DNA from: a virus
Lineage: Duplodnaviria > Caudoviricetes
Length of the DNA stretch: 49,438 nt
IMG/VR virus record: IMGVR_UViG_3300048693_000179
Span: 1 to 49,438 of that record
Strand: one strand, 5' to 3'
Part shown: piece after piece, positions 48,107 to 49,438 of the stretch
How positions within the stretch are numbered: the first letter of the stretch is position 1
How the letters are laid out: each line of letters starts with the position of its first letter
The notes under the pieces: model-generated
The model's input: the letters and a program-made list of their open reading frames with translations, nothing else
Database searches by the model: none
Told to the model about the DNA's origin: nothing
Translations under genes and position numbers: made by a program

Positions 48107-48867
48107 GTTGGGTGGGAATAGCAAACAACCAAACTGTATCGTTTAACAATCTGCAGGATGCTGTGACAAATGGTTATTTTGTTGCTCTTGCAGCTATTCC
48201 TGCAAGTCAAGAACAAATCACCAAGACAGATGCTTCCACATATGCCAACATTGACACAACTTATGGTCCATATGCAGCTAAGGCAAGCAACCAGCTTGTT
48301 GTAAAAAGCAACCTCAGACCCATAAGTTATTCATATACTATATACTACGAGGAAGCTTGTTACTATGATGGATTTTATATTGAGGGGGGTGCTGCAAGTG
48401 CTGACATAGCGTGTAGCAACGCCCTCACTATAACGCTATACAGTCCGTCTTCTTCATTTGTCGCAGGGATGAAACTGTTCTATGATTCAGCATGTAGCAA
48501 TCCTTGGTATGGAGATACAGGAAACTGTGGTGATTATTACAAAGTGATCATTGCAGGAACAACATATTCATTTATGTATCCTGATAGTAATTCCACTGTT
48601 AGCAACATTAACACTTGTATCACTTGTACTTGCTTCATCTTATATAACACTGAAGATAGTATAGATATTTCCATTCAGTTCTATGACTGTCAGTCAGGAC
48701 AAGTATGTAATATCTGTCCTGCAGGAGGTTCTATATATCTGTGTATTCAGGATGGTCAACATACAAACTACACTGTCCATGCAGGAACAGGTTGTACAGG
48801 ATATACCCCTTCTTATGTGTTTACGGCTTTAGGTGGTGCATGTACAACATCAGGAAATTGTATCTAA
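48103..48867 (+). CDS. Cys-rich putative fibre-tip/adhesin protein
   Basis: ATGA overlap with the giant fibre gene; N-terminal ~70-aa domain (SW...NNQTVSFNNLQDAV...SNQLVVKSNL) followed by two Cys-bridged modules. Confidence 0.6.
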   Translation: MSWVGIANNQTVSFNNLQDAVTNGYFVALAAIPASQEQITKTDASTYANIDTTYGPYAAKASNQLVVKSNLRPISYSYTIYYEEACYYDGFYIEGGAASADIACSNALTITLYSPSSSFVAGMKLFYDSACSNPWYGDTGNCGDYYKVIIAGTTYSFMYPDSNSTVSNINTCITCTCFILYNTEDSIDISIQFYDCQSGQVCNICPAGGSIYLCIQDGQHTNYTVHAGTGCTGYTPSYVFTALGGACTTSGNCI

Positions 48868-48893
48868 AAAATATATAATTCAAAACTTTTTAA

Positions 48894-48901
48894 TAACTTT
48901 G
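48894..48901 (+). promoter_or_regulatory. Possible Bacteroidota -7 element
   Basis: TAACTTTG in an AT-rich intergenic gap; no clear -33 element. Confidence 0.4.
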
Positions 48902-48917
48902 TAAAAAACAATAGACA

Positions 48918-49259
48918 ATGGCAAATTCTTGGAACACACTCCACATTTTTGGTTTTGGAACTGTTCAGGCAATCTCTGACACACAGAACGTACAAGCTCC
49001 CATTTCAGCTTTTCAAGATGAAGTGGATGCTGTAATTGATGATGTATGGGCTAACAAACCTGCAGGATATACAGGTCCTAAGACATTCCATGCAATCAAC
49101 AATTTCAATGGTCTTTTCTCTGACTGGCTTCCTAATAGCCCTAGTGCAGAATCATTCAGGGTTCAGGCAGCTGACCTTGATCAAGACTTGTTGAACTATC
49201 TTGCAGAGGCTGTACTTGCTTACGTTCCTCCAACCACTAGCACAACTACAACTGTCTAG
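48918..49259 (+). CDS. Hypothetical protein with Thr-rich tail
   Basis: 113 aa ending PPTTSTTTTV*. Confidence 0.7.
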   Translation: MANSWNTLHIFGFGTVQAISDTQNVQAPISAFQDEVDAVIDDVWANKPAGYTGPKTFHAINNFNGLFSDWLPNSPSAESFRVQAADLDQDLLNYLAEAVLAYVPPTTSTTTTV

Positions 49260-49264
49260 AATAA

Positions 49265-49296
49265 TTTGGAAAGTTTGTAGATGGGTTGTACATTTG
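49265..49296 (+). promoter_or_regulatory. Bacteroidota-type promoter
   Basis: TTTG 49265-49268, 20-bp spacer, perfect TACATTTG 49289-49296; the AATAATTTGGAAA context is identical to that at 2870-2882. Confidence 0.75.
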
Positions 49297-49310
49297 TACA
49301 AAACCCTCTT

Positions 49311-49438
49311 ATGAACATTATATTCCAGATTAATGGTGGTATAGGTAAGTGTATACTGGCTACGCCAGTGTGTGAAGCTATCAAGGCACAACATCCTGAT
49401 AGTCAATTAATTGTAATGAGCGGTTACCCAGAGGTGTT
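49311..49438 (+). CDS. Glycosyltransferase family 9-like (heptosyltransferase-like), N-terminal fragment truncated by the window end
   Basis: MNIIFQINGGIGKCILATPVCEAIKAQHPDSQLIVMSGYPEV matches the GT9 N-terminal pattern (G.IGD.I.ATP....LK...P...I.V), with K in place of D. Absent from the ORF track. Confidence 0.65.
   Translation, partial: MNIIFQINGGIGKCILATPVCEAIKAQHPDSQLIVMSGYPEV

Noticed and set aside
38100-49259. Diversity-generating retroelement acting on the fibre genes
   Set aside because: No reverse transcriptase and no template/variable repeat pair differing only at adenines was seen in this window.
1-49438. Stop-codon reassignment, as seen in some crAss-like phages
   Set aside because: Genes of up to 13 kb are open in the standard code, and TAA, TGA and TAG all end genes at sensible boundaries.

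Overview
A single-strand (+), densely packed virion morphogenesis module of a Crassvirales-like (crAss-like) podovirus that very likely infects a Bacteroidota host. Host evidence: TAnnTTTG/-33 TTG promoters, no Shine-Dalgarno sites, standard genetic code. Gene order: Thr-tailed end of an upstream gene (possibly the capsid), small Cys-rich structural genes, a tail-collar fibre, a metallophosphoesterase, ring protein, IHF-like protein, tail tubular protein and an apparently split tail stabilization (muzzle) gene. Then come five cargo/ejection proteins, including a 4326-aa virion RNA polymerase polyprotein (DFDID catalytic motif, zincin HExxH, C-terminal NADAR domain) and a 1694-aa PD-(D/E)XK protein. 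The window ends with a 3200-aa (Gly-Thr-Ser)n / GGxxN-repeat fibre carrying an S74 chaperone, a probable tip protein, and the start of a GT9-like glycosyltransferase. Main leads: (i) mucin-like Thr/Ser tracts on many virion proteins next to a phage glycosyltransferase, a possible virion glycan shield; (ii) a NADAR domain fused to the injected RNA polymerase, a possible anti-DarT counter-defence; (iii) a muzzle gene split by inserted display modules; (iv) one docking motif shared by four fibres; (v) tandem TAAC-N7-GTTA palindromes upstream of two promoters. All assignments come from motif recognition and synteny by eye; no searches were run.
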